Below, piece by piece: positions 52,063-61,953 of a stretch of DNA of 64,000 bases (position 1 is the stretch's first letter; each line of letters begins with the position of its first letter). A program made the position numbers and the translations under genes. The notes below the pieces were generated by a model. The model did not search any database, was not told the DNA's origin, and saw nothing but the letters and a program-made list of their open reading frames with translations. The stretch comes from Geopsychrobacteraceae bacterium (GTDB lineage Bacteria > Desulfobacterota > Desulfuromonadia > Desulfuromonadales > Geopsychrobacteraceae). The DNA lies in the NCBI GenBank assembly GCA_963662315.1, contig OY759353.1, forward strand, positions 1,888,001-1,952,000, read 5' to 3'.

Positions 52063-53202
52063 TCAGAATTTAATATTTGAACCGGTGGTCATCAGATTCA
52101 GCTTAGGGCCGCGCTTAATGCGGGTTGGGCGGAAATCGTTGATATGGGCGTTGGTCAAATCAACTTTTCCGTCAAGGGTAACATTGTCCCAGACGACAGT
52201 GTCGGCTTTGAAGTTTTCTCCATCAATCTCGCCAATGATAGAATTTTGTACAAGCAGTTCCTCGACAAAACCGTCCCACAGAGGGAAATCATGGATCATG
52301 CAATCGATCAGTGAAACATATGGCAAATTGGCCTCACTCAGCGAGAAGAGATAAAATTCTACCCCCCTTGCATATACTTTCGGAATGATAGAATCAGAAA
52401 ACGCAGTTTTTAACGTTCCCCCTTCAATACTGACAAGCCCTGCCTTAATTTCCGCCAGCGACAACCCGCGCCACATATCAACATCTTCTATCCTAATGCT
52501 CTCCATGGTTGCACCATTGAAGCGTACCGGTCCTTCCCCCTGTTTCACACGACGCAGAGTGACGGTGGAGAAGTGGCTGTGGCCAAAGTTTACTTCGTCG
52601 AGTAAACCTCCTTCGATGAGAAGTGTGTTATTACCGCTAAGCCCCATCATATTTACTCCAGAGAGTGTTGTATTACGAAAGACAAAAGGGATTCTCCCAT
52701 CCGTAAAAGACGAGCGATCGTTAAGAATCGTGTCCTCTACCAGCAGTTCGTTCCCGCGTAAATCGTCAAACTCTGCACCTACCCCTTTGCAGTGCTCAAT
52801 TTTGACGTTCACCACCGTACTGCCAAGAAAATTTGTTAATATGAATTCACAATTGTCAAAAACAACATCAACAAACTCTGAATTCCATGCCTTATAATTT
52901 TCAAATTTACAATTTACAAATCTCACTTTTAAGTATTTTGATTTGCTTGATGAAACGCCCGTAAAGTCGACATTTTCAAACGTTGCACCATTAAAAATGA
53001 CACCATCAATATTGACATCCTCAACCTTCGTATTTTTCATTTCTATGTTGGGGTGTGTCTGCGTATACTCATTAAGTTTGTCGACATCTTTAGAAAGTTC
53101 GTCCCATTTTTTCTGAAATTCGCTGGAAAACATATTCATCGCGCTTGCGGCTCCTGAAGTGAATAAAAAAATAGCTGCTATCAGACATAAGGCCTTTTTC
53201 AT
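52063..53202 (-). CDS. Exported pentapeptide-repeat protein
   Basis: Signal peptide (..AASA), ATFENVDFTG-type 5-residue periodicity. Confidence 0.8.
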   Translation of the reverse strand: MKKALCLIAAIFLFTSGAASAMNMFSSEFQKKWDELSKDVDKLNEYTQTHPNIEMKNTKVEDVNIDGVIFNGATFENVDFTGVSSSKSKYLKVRFVNCKFENYKAWNSEFVDVVFDNCEFILTNFLGSTVVNVKIEHCKGVGAEFDDLRGNELLVEDTILNDRSSFTDGRIPFVFRNTTLSGVNMMGLSGNNTLLIEGGLLDEVNFGHSHFSTVTLRRVKQGEGPVRFNGATMESIRIEDVDMWRGLSLAEIKAGLVSIEGGTLKTAFSDSIIPKVYARGVEFYLFSLSEANLPYVSLIDCMIHDFPLWDGFVEELLVQNSIIGEIDGENFKADTVVWDNVTLDGKVDLTNAHINDFRPTRIKRGPKLNLMTTGSNIKF

Positions 53203-53213
53203 CTCTTCCCTTT

Positions 53214-53516
53214 TTAACGACTGTGATTCAGGTTGTAACTATATTCTCGTGGGTAGGCTTTGGCGCGCTCCTTGTGATCGGGTACTTCCCCAAACTTCTT
53301 ATGCCTTTTAATCTCCCAGCTGCCCATATCTTTTTTCGCCCTTTCTTGTGAGGCTTGCTGCGAGGCAATCAATCGGGTGAGATCCAGACTATATGTCATT
53401 TTTTCTGGAATATCTGCAGCAGGGTCTTGCACCACATCCGTGGTACCGGAATAGATTTCCACCTGAATGTTCCACGGTGAAGTAAAATCGTAATGCTCAA
53501 AGGCTTTTTTACCCAT
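53214..53516 (-). CDS. Hypothetical protein or 3' gene fragment
   Basis: ORF ends 11 nt before the pentapeptide gene; no clear RBS; 5' side lies near an element junction. Confidence 0.4.
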   Translation of the reverse strand: MGKKAFEHYDFTSPWNIQVEIYSGTTDVVQDPAADIPEKMTYSLDLTRLIASQQASQERAKKDMGSWEIKRHKKFGEVPDHKERAKAYPREYSYNLNHSR

Positions 53517-53565
53517 TATATCGATATAATGACAGACGACTCAGGAGCGGAACTTGGCTGGATGA

Positions 53566-53963
53566 GATGTCAAGGTATGTGAGAATCTGACCATATCGTT
53601 TCGTTTTTCACCGCAGAACCTGAAGGTCTCAAGAAATCGAGGGGGCTCCCTTCAGGCTTTGCGGATCAGAGGGGATGACGCAGGCTTGCTTTTCCAGGAC
53701 ATCAGAATTTAATATTTGAACCGGTGGTCATCAGATTCAGCTTAGGGCCGCGCTTAATGCAGGTTGGGCGGAAATCGTTGATATGGGCGTTGGTCAAATC
53801 AACTTTTCCGTCGAGGGTAACATTGTCCCAGACGACAGTGTCGGCTTTGAAGTTTTCTCCATCAATCTCACCAATGATAGTATTTTGCACAAGCAGTTCC
53901 TCGACAAAACCGTCCCACAGAGGGAAATCATGGATCATGCAATCGATCAGTGAAACATATGGC
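53566..53963. repeat. ~400-bp direct repeat of 51926-52324 (element copy 2 plus pentapeptide 3' end)
   Basis: Direct comparison. Confidence 0.92.
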
Positions 53964-54723
53964 CAGCCTTCAAACGTCCGAATATAGGTAATGTCTGTGA
54001 CCCACGCCTGGTTGGGAGCATCAACATCAAATTCTTGCTTGAGATGGTTCTCTGCCAAAGCCGCTGGTTTTCCACTTTTATGGCGTGGGCGTTTGTAGCC
54101 AACTTGAGCTTTAATTCCTGCCTGATTCATCAGACGAGCAACTTTATTGATTCCGCAAACCTCACCTACCGAACGAAGGTCCAGATAAATCTTGCGGTAG
54201 CCGTAAACACCACCACTCTCCAGCCAAAACGGCTTGATGAGTCCCAACAACCGCTCATCTTCCAGTTGACGAGCAGATTTCGGCCGCTTGAGCCAGGCGT
54301 AATAGCCACTACGGTGGACACGCATCATGTGACACAGATTCCGAGTCGCAAATCGCTCCTGGTTCGCCCGGATGAAGGCATACCTCACTGGGACTCTTTG
54401 GCGAAGTATGCTGTGGCCTTTTTTAGGATATCTCGTTCTTCAGTGACTCGCTTCAATTCGGCTCGGAGACGCTGGATCTCTGCTTGTTGAGAGTCTATTT
54501 CCTTAGTGTGCTCAGGCCCCTGACCATATTTTTTAAGCCACGCATAAAGGCTGTGAGCTGTAACGTCCAAACGACTGGCCACATCTTGAACGGAATATCC
54601 TCGTTCAGTGATCTGCTTGATCACTTCGGTCTTAAATTCATCGGTGTAACGTTTGCTGCTCATGATTCCTCCTGTAGTCATTTTTTATAACTCAGGAGTG
54701 TCCTGGAAACTAGTGGCGATTCA
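53964..54723 (-). mobile_element. Truncated IS3-family element (orfA 54663-54385; orfB from 54388, fused to a pentapeptide fragment)
   Basis: IRL TGAATCGCCACTAGTTTCCAGGACAC; A6G slip site 54424-54418; orfB YGYRKI..WVTDITYIRTFEGW then breaks. Confidence 0.92.
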
Positions 54724-54734
54724 ACCTCACGGAT

Positions 54735-54944
54735 TCAGGTGTAATAAAATGCAATATTTTTTATGAGATTTGAGTCATTATCGTCAAAAGGTACATTGCT
54801 ATTATTTATGTCATCAAGAATTCCTTTTGCAATACTTCCTCCTCGTTCATCTACAAGATCTAATAGTTTTTTTCTATATTCTTTATCGATAATATATTTA
54901 TTTATGAGGTATTTTAAGTTTGATGAAATTTCTTTTTCGTCCAT
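54735..54944 (-). CDS. Putative immunity protein for the RHS toxin
   Basis: 69 aa, very AT-rich, starts 1 nt after the toxin stop. Confidence 0.7.
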   Translation of the reverse strand: MDEKEISSNLKYLINKYIIDKEYRKKLLDLVDERGGSIAKGILDDINNSNVPFDDNDSNLIKNIAFYYT

Positions 54945-54945
54945 T

Positions 54946-57900
54946 CTATTTCTCCGGGATAAGAGTTACATCATCTAATTTTACATTCATCCTACTCTTT
55001 GGAACAAGTTGTACTGCACCACCTGAACCATACTGTGGATAATAACTTGTAATTGGTTCTGGATTAATTCCTTTACCACCGGCCTCTAGTGGAACTTTTA
55101 CTTTTGGTACCCCAGATGAATCGAAAAGTTGGAGTGTATCAAAAGTTCCACGGAGCCTTCCATCACTCCACGATTTAGGATTGCCTTGTTGGTAAAATAT
55201 TTGAAATGCATCCCTAGTATCTTGGCCTGTATCATATTTTTCAAATCCAAAATAGCTTAATGGAGCTTCCTTGTTGGCAATTGTGGGTGCTGCATGAGAC
55301 GAATCCATGTACCGATAGCCTGTTGATGGCAGCGTTGCAGAAGGACCACCAGGGCCAACATAAAAGTCAGTTTTCCCGTTGATTTTCCTATTGTTGTTAG
55401 TTTCTTTACAACTCAACCCAAGCGGATCAACCCATCCCCAAACATTTGGCGCATAAGCGTAAGTGTTGGAACCTGCTGCTAAGCCTAACGGATCCTGGCT
55501 GATGAAGCTACTGGTTCTGGTGTCGAAGTAGCGGTAACGGTTGTAGGCCAGGTCGAGTTCGTCGTCGTAATATTGCCCCTGGAAGCGTAGCGGGTTGTCA
55601 AAGTTCTCACTGTCAATCTGGGTGCAGTTGCCTTGTGCATCGTATCTAGCTGACCAGATGATTTTACCATCTTTGTTGGTCACCTCATGTGGCAGGCCGA
55701 CAGCATCGGTATGGATCATGTTGATACTACCGTTGTTTTCTATAATTGCCAGAGGTTCGAAGCTGCCGGGGTAATAGACAAATTCGCGGGTTTTGCCGTC
55801 GATAGTATCGGCAAGCAGTTGATCCCCGTCCCAGCTGAAGCTAGTGGCAGAATATTCACTTTGCTTGCTCAGTCGCCGGCCCTGGGCGTCGTAGGTCATG
55901 CGGACTTGCTGGCCGTTGTTATCTTCTGCGCTAATCAGGCGGTTGTTTTGATCCCAGTTAAAGGTCTGTTTGCCCGTTTCTGTGATTCTGGCGGTCAGGT
56001 TGCCAGCGACATCATAGTGATGTTCGCGCTCGCCATAGGTCATCACCCGCTTGCTGCTAGTCGATTCCGGCTGAGAGTTTTTCAGCAGGTTGCCAGCCGG
56101 GTCGTGGAGGAAGCTTTCCACCTGTTGCAGAGGGTTGATCGCCTGGGTGATACGGCCAAGCGGATCGTAGGTAAAGTAGCTTTCACCCTTATGGTTGTCT
56201 TTGCGAACTGTAAGATTCCCCAGTTCGTCATATTCATAACTGCGCTGGATTTTCTCACCACCCGGCAGGTTGACCAGCTGATCGGCCAGTTGATTCTGAG
56301 CGGTGTAGTCAAAGACACGCTCAATGCCACCAAAGGTTTCTTTGATCGGCAGGCCCTGCTGATTGCGGGAGATCGCAAGTTCGCTGCCATTGATGATGAT
56401 GGCGGTGTTGCGGCCCAGATCATCGTAGCTGTATTCGATCTCGTTGCCCCGGGCGGAGATACGACGCGTCCGATTACCAAGAAGATCGTATTCATGTGAT
56501 GTCGTTTCACCGTTAATGGTTTCGGAGATGAGGCGGTTTTCGGCATCAAATTTTTGAGAAACGACAGCGGATTCGTTGCTATGACCGGTCAGGTTGCCAT
56601 TGGCGTCATAGCTGTATGTTTCAATGCTGTCGTCGCCAAAGCTTTTCTCGATGAGGCGGCCGAGATCGTCGTTCAGATAGCGGGTAACACGCTTGAGTGG
56701 GTCGATGCTTTCGAGCAGCTGACCCGCGGGGTCGTAGTGGTAATGGCGGCTCTGGCCAAAGTAATCGGTCTCTTTAGTGACGCGCCCAGCGTGATCGCGT
56801 TCAAGCAGGTATTCTTCGCCTTTTTCATTGATCAGGGCGATGAGGTTTTCTTCACTGTTGTATCTGTATGTCAGGCTGGTGCCATCGGGGTTGATTCGCT
56901 TGTGGAGCTTTCCAAGGCCAAAGTAGCTGAGGCGGATCGTCTGTCCTTTTTCATTGGTATAGCTGATCAGTCTGCTTTCAGCATCATAGCTGCAGTGAAC
57001 GCTGGAGCCTTCCGGTTTATCAACACGGATCAGGCGGGATGCGGAGTCGTAATGATAGGTTGTTTTTGCGGATTCCAGACTGAATGCAGCCGCCAATCGC
57101 CCTTGAGTATCATATTCGTAAGACTGGGTGGCTCCATCGGCATGAATAGATTTGAGAAGTTGTCCGCTGTTGTTGTAGTTGAGATGAGTTTTGCCGCCAT
57201 TAGGGGCTGTGACGGCAACAAGATCGCCCAGCGTGTTGTATTCGTAACCGGTTTGAGCGCCTGTTGGTGTCGTTTTCTGAACAAGGCGATTTTTGTCGTC
57301 GAACAGCTGTTGCCAGAGATTGCCGTTTGGATCGGTCAGGCCTATCGGGTTGTTGAATTCATCAAAATCCAACTGAATGGTAGAGCCATCTGGTCGTTCG
57401 ATATTAGTCAGCTTGCCGGTTTCGTTGTACTGGTAGTTGGTTTGACGGCCGAGTTCATCTTTGATGCCGGTTGCCAGCCCCTGCGCGTTGTAATTGTAAG
57501 TTGATATGTTGCCGGCATGGTCGGTAATGACAACTGGTTTGTAGCTTTCATCGTACTCAAAGATTTTGGTATGACCCAAAGAATTGATGATTTCAGTTCG
57601 TCTGCTTTCCGGCCGATAGTTAAAACGGTAGTGATAGAGGTTGTTATCGCCCCAGGTGGCAATCGCTTTGCCTTTGGCAGTTGCCTGGTCATAGGCATAA
57701 TGGAAGGTCAAACCACTTCTGAAAGTCAGTCTGGTCAGGCAGTGATTATCATATTTGTAGCGCAGAGCATGGCCGGACTGATCTGTAACGGATAACAGGT
57801 CACCCCGGGTCGGGTCATAGCCGTATTCAACCAGGGTAATCTTCTGATTATTGCTGAGAACCCGTTCCATCTTACGGATATGTCCGTTTTCGGAACTAAC

Positions 57901-60900
57901 CTCAATCTGCAGCCCCGAAGAGTCTTTGATTGTTGCCAGCCCATTATCGTCTCTTCCGTAAACAAAAGTATTGCCATATTGGTCAGAGACTTTTTCAAGA
58001 TAGGAAGCTTCTCCTTTAACCATTTTCGGGAAAGAAAAGCTGACACTATTTTCTCCTGTGACAACATAGTGTGATTCAGTCTGGTGAAGAACAAAATTGC
58101 CGCTGACATCCCCGCTTTCTGCCTGATCACCATCCGGAAATGCCTTAAAAACGCTAGCCGATTTTGAACCGTGATGATAAATAAAAGAGCCATCTTTCTC
58201 ATAAACAAGCCTTGCGTCGGCTGGTGACTGCCAGCCGTACCCCAGCGATGAATCACTCTGCGTCTGTGAGCAGTAGTGGCGGGTCCAGACAAGCGAAATA
58301 CGGCCTGGCAAAGCAAAATCGGTCACTTCTTCGACTACAGCCCCAGTGATAGCGTTTACCGGGTGGCCACATTCAACATCAACAGGGCTATCATTGACAT
58401 GTTTGTTAAGTTCTGCATTTTTGGTAACGAGGTAATCATCAACCGGAGCAGCTTTGTCCTGCTGTTTAACCAAAACCTTCCGGCTACTGCCACGAACACT
58501 ATTCTCCACCCCTTCATCCAGCATCTTACCAATTTTAAGCCCCAACTCATCACCAACTTTGGCGAACTGGGCATTGATCTGCCCTTTGACGGTTTGCAGG
58601 CTGTTCAGGGTGTCCTGGATTTTGGCGTGGATATTCTGAAACTTCTGCGGCACATGGGATTTCAGGTCGGTGAGCAGGGCGGCGACTTTGTCCATGATTG
58701 TATGCCCGTATTGTGCGGCTTCGTCGATGTAGTCCTTCAGCTTGCCGGCTTTCAGCTCTTTGAGCCAGCTGACACCGTTTCCCTTCATGAAGTAGTTAAA
58801 CAGAGCAAGAACTTCGTCTAGCTTGGCTCCCTTCCAGATGAGTTTGAACACGCCTTTGAGCAGGGAACCTAAGGTGGGGATCAAACCGACCAGGGTGACG
58901 ACCAGGGCAAACCAGATGGCGGCTTCCTTATAGCGTTTATCCCAGACCAGCAGTTTGATGTTGGCGGTGATATCACGCACATCACCCACCTGATCAACCA
59001 CTGGAATGGCGGTAATAATAGCGTTGGTCGCAATCTGGCCGATGGTGGCGTCTTCGTTAAAATCTCCCTGTAACGCGCCCCAGGTCCAGTCGGCTGCGTC
59101 CTTGGTGGTATCCCAGGCGCCTTTGAGGGTCGTGGTCATGCGTTCAAACCACCCCTGTTCTTCTGGGTGAGGCTGGGGTTCGCTGGTGACCAACTGTTCT
59201 ACTTCGCCTGGGTCTCCACCATAATCGACGCGAATATCCTCTTTGTCGGCGGGAAGAATGACGTATGCCTTCCCTTGCTTATCCAGCACGCCCCCAGCAA
59301 TGACGTTATCGCTATCATCATAGATCGTATAACTGGCCCCGGCGACACCGCTTCCATCTGCGTAGAGGTATTCAAGCTCGACCCAGTTGGGTGCAGGGGT
59401 TGGGCCGGCCTGCCCTTCCATGGTGCCGATCCCAATGGCCGCCGTCGCCGTCACACCACTGGCCAAACTGACACTTGGCGGGCTGGTGACGTCCATGTTG
59501 ATCTTGCCGCTCATGCTGACGGTTCCGGCAAAGTTGACGTTGGTGCCGAACAGGGTGATGTTGCCGGATGGGTCCATCTTGATGCCACCACCGGCCTGGC
59601 CGATGCAGATATCACCACCACCATCCCCCTGTATTTTGATGGCGCCTCTGCTATCGAGGATCATGCTGCCGCTGTTGATATTGATGGCTGCGGAGCTGCC
59701 ATCCACCTTGATGTTCATGGCTTCGCGGATATCGATACGCATGTCGTTACCGGCTTCGAACTCGATATTTTCACCCGACTCAAGCTGGATATTGTTGGCA
59801 CCGCGCAGCAGCACGTCGGTAGCCGACTGGTGGTGGATTTCGGCACTGTTGGTGATGGTCTGGTGACGGTCTTCCACCACCTGGATGCGGTTATTGCCGA
59901 CCGTTTCGGTCAGGGTATCACCACTGGTGGTGTTCAGGGTCTGTTTGGCGTAGAACTCGGCCAGGCCCTGCTCTGTAGCCAGGCGGATCAGGTGTTCGGC
60001 CTTGCTGGCGTTGAGGTGCAGCATATTGTGACCGGCGAAGGTGCGCAAGGTGATGACAGGGGCATCGATGGTATCATCCAGACACAGTTCCTGATCATTG
60101 GCGCTGCGCAGGCGATTGTGGGCGGCACTGCTGGCGCTGACCGGGGACGGGGTTTCCGGGTTGGGCAGGCTGCCGATAATTACCGGGCGGTCGGGATCGC
60201 CGTTCAGGCAACTGACCAGAATTTCGACGCCGTCCTGCAGCGGGGTGTGGAAGCCGGGCTGATGGCCGTTTCCGGTGCCGCCGTAGGGTTGCAGGCGCCG
60301 CGTGAAGATGCTGTTCTGGGCGAAGGGTTTTGTCAGGCTGTCGTTATGCTGACGGTAACGGGTCCGTCCGGCGCTGTCCAGTTGGGCTGTTGGGTCTTTG
60401 CTTTCTATGCGTGCGGTCACTGCCAGGGGCACTTTGGGGCGTTTGCTTTCAGGCACCCGGTAAGGTGTTTCGCGCGGCACCAAAACCACCGCGTTGCTAT
60501 AGGGGCAATCACTGTCGCCACCCAGGCCAAGGCCGGCATACTGATGGAGTTTATGGGTCATTCCGGTGATCAGGTAATCGCCACTGATGCCGCTGCCAAA
60601 ACGGTCCGCGTCAATGCGCACGATGCGCCCGACACGCAGATCGACGGCATGGCTGGAGATGGTCAGTTTCTGCTGTTGCGCTGCTCCGATATGGGCCAAC
60701 AACTCGGTCGCCGCACTGGCTTCATCGGTACTGGTCACACCGCGCCCAGTGCAGACCAAGGTGGTCCCATACGCGGATTTGCCAGCGCCTGGCAGCTGGC
60801 GCTCGCTGAGCAGGGCCTGTCCCGGTGCTGATTCAGCGACGTCGTGGACCAGATAGCAGTCACTGACCAGCTGCGCCCCCAGTTCCATGGTCAGCACATC

Positions 60901-61536
60901 GTTGTCAGTGGCATCATGGTCCAGCCCGGCATTGGCCCGGTACTCAAGCGCCGGGCGCGCCAGCGGTCGACAATGGCTGGCCGTGTCGGCAAAATGGAGC
61001 ATTTCCTGCTCGTCACTGGCCGCTGACCAGAACAGGATGCCGTGTCGACTGCATAAGCGGGCGAGAAAATCAAAGTCGCTTTCGCCAGCCTGCAGGGTGG
61101 TCGGCCGGGCCGGGTAACTCTGTCCCCAGTCACAGAACAGGGCATTGTCATCAAGCCCATGGCGGTTGCACAGCAGTTGAATAATCTCAGGCAGGCTGTG
61201 ATCGAGCAGCAGACGGGTATCGCTCACCTGCTGCAACCGGTACAGATGTGAGCTTACCTCCAGACGCCACAGTTGCCGTTGATCGGGCAGGCCCATGACA
61301 TGAGCAACCTGAGTGACCAGACCGAAGACGGTGCGCTGTTGACCGCTGGTCGCCAACATCGACATGCGAACGCTGCTGCCCAACTGGTTGGTAAGCGACT
61401 GATAACCGGGCACGACGAGTTCAAGGGCAAAAGAAAACGGGCGGTTAAAGACTTCCTGCCCGGTCACAGATACGACGGCATAATCAGCACCACCCACCCG
61501 GACGGTCAGGCGTGACTGAGCAGCAGATATTGACAA
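54946..61536 (-). CDS. vgrG: VgrG-FIX-DUF6531-RHS(YD) polymorphic toxin with C-terminal toxin (Ntox10-like, tentative)
   Basis: N-terminus same as 1231-4290; GHPVNAITG..WTRHY..LGYGW; YD repeats; QDPLGL..WVDPLGL; AT-rich tip with FDTLQ..EP..YPQYGSGGAVQ. Confidence 0.9.
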   Translation of the reverse strand: MSISAAQSRLTVRVGGADYAVVSVTGQEVFNRPFSFALELVVPGYQSLTNQLGSSVRMSMLATSGQQRTVFGLVTQVAHVMGLPDQRQLWRLEVSSHLYRLQQVSDTRLLLDHSLPEIIQLLCNRHGLDDNALFCDWGQSYPARPTTLQAGESDFDFLARLCSRHGILFWSAASDEQEMLHFADTASHCRPLARPALEYRANAGLDHDATDNDVLTMELGAQLVSDCYLVHDVAESAPGQALLSERQLPGAGKSAYGTTLVCTGRGVTSTDEASAATELLAHIGAAQQQKLTISSHAVDLRVGRIVRIDADRFGSGISGDYLITGMTHKLHQYAGLGLGGDSDCPYSNAVVLVPRETPYRVPESKRPKVPLAVTARIESKDPTAQLDSAGRTRYRQHNDSLTKPFAQNSIFTRRLQPYGGTGNGHQPGFHTPLQDGVEILVSCLNGDPDRPVIIGSLPNPETPSPVSASSAAHNRLRSANDQELCLDDTIDAPVITLRTFAGHNMLHLNASKAEHLIRLATEQGLAEFYAKQTLNTTSGDTLTETVGNNRIQVVEDRHQTITNSAEIHHQSATDVLLRGANNIQLESGENIEFEAGNDMRIDIREAMNIKVDGSSAAININSGSMILDSRGAIKIQGDGGGDICIGQAGGGIKMDPSGNITLFGTNVNFAGTVSMSGKINMDVTSPPSVSLASGVTATAAIGIGTMEGQAGPTPAPNWVELEYLYADGSGVAGASYTIYDDSDNVIAGGVLDKQGKAYVILPADKEDIRVDYGGDPGEVEQLVTSEPQPHPEEQGWFERMTTTLKGAWDTTKDAADWTWGALQGDFNEDATIGQIATNAIITAIPVVDQVGDVRDITANIKLLVWDKRYKEAAIWFALVVTLVGLIPTLGSLLKGVFKLIWKGAKLDEVLALFNYFMKGNGVSWLKELKAGKLKDYIDEAAQYGHTIMDKVAALLTDLKSHVPQKFQNIHAKIQDTLNSLQTVKGQINAQFAKVGDELGLKIGKMLDEGVENSVRGSSRKVLVKQQDKAAPVDDYLVTKNAELNKHVNDSPVDVECGHPVNAITGAVVEEVTDFALPGRISLVWTRHYCSQTQSDSSLGYGWQSPADARLVYEKDGSFIYHHGSKSASVFKAFPDGDQAESGDVSGNFVLHQTESHYVVTGENSVSFSFPKMVKGEASYLEKVSDQYGNTFVYGRDDNGLATIKDSSGLQIEVSSENGHIRKMERVLSNNQKITLVEYGYDPTRGDLLSVTDQSGHALRYKYDNHCLTRLTFRSGLTFHYAYDQATAKGKAIATWGDNNLYHYRFNYRPESRRTEIINSLGHTKIFEYDESYKPVVITDHAGNISTYNYNAQGLATGIKDELGRQTNYQYNETGKLTNIERPDGSTIQLDFDEFNNPIGLTDPNGNLWQQLFDDKNRLVQKTTPTGAQTGYEYNTLGDLVAVTAPNGGKTHLNYNNSGQLLKSIHADGATQSYEYDTQGRLAAAFSLESAKTTYHYDSASRLIRVDKPEGSSVHCSYDAESRLISYTNEKGQTIRLSYFGLGKLHKRINPDGTSLTYRYNSEENLIALINEKGEEYLLERDHAGRVTKETDYFGQSRHYHYDPAGQLLESIDPLKRVTRYLNDDLGRLIEKSFGDDSIETYSYDANGNLTGHSNESAVVSQKFDAENRLISETINGETTSHEYDLLGNRTRRISARGNEIEYSYDDLGRNTAIIINGSELAISRNQQGLPIKETFGGIERVFDYTAQNQLADQLVNLPGGEKIQRSYEYDELGNLTVRKDNHKGESYFTYDPLGRITQAINPLQQVESFLHDPAGNLLKNSQPESTSSKRVMTYGEREHHYDVAGNLTARITETGKQTFNWDQNNRLISAEDNNGQQVRMTYDAQGRRLSKQSEYSATSFSWDGDQLLADTIDGKTREFVYYPGSFEPLAIIENNGSINMIHTDAVGLPHEVTNKDGKIIWSARYDAQGNCTQIDSENFDNPLRFQGQYYDDELDLAYNRYRYFDTRTSSFISQDPLGLAAGSNTYAYAPNVWGWVDPLGLSCKETNNNRKINGKTDFYVGPGGPSATLPSTGYRYMDSSHAAPTIANKEAPLSYFGFEKYDTGQDTRDAFQIFYQQGNPKSWSDGRLRGTFDTLQLFDSSGVPKVKVPLEAGGKGINPEPITSYYPQYGSGGAVQLVPKSRMNVKLDDVTLIPEK

Positions 61537-61558
61537 GGGTCCCCCTCCTTGTGAAAAA
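58477..61558. repeat. Right arm of the vgrG inverted repeat
   Basis: Reverse complement of 1209-4290 with scattered SNPs. Confidence 0.95.
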
Positions 61559-61953
61559 TGGTGCTTAAGATAAATACAAAGAGCTCCAGACGGTTTAAAC
61601 CTATCAGGTTATACCCCCTGATGTCATCCTGAAGCATTTTTTTAATTAAAGATTTTTCCCGAAAGGGCTATCACGTTCTACTCTTTGTTGTCAATGTCAT
61701 ATACCTGTTAATCTTCCGAATCAGGAACAAGTAAACATACAAAAGATCAAAACATGAGCAGAGGCGCAACCACATCATAAATTGACATCAGATTGCTAAA
61801 AATAGCGAGTTTATCCAGATAAAAGTTAGCTATTTAGCCTACTTACTGAGCTCATGAATACTAAAATCTAACAACGGGTTCTTTGGTACCATTCAGAGCG
61901 GTAGCTATGGAAAAACCATGCATCCGTTCGGACCAGAATGTATTTTCCCACCT

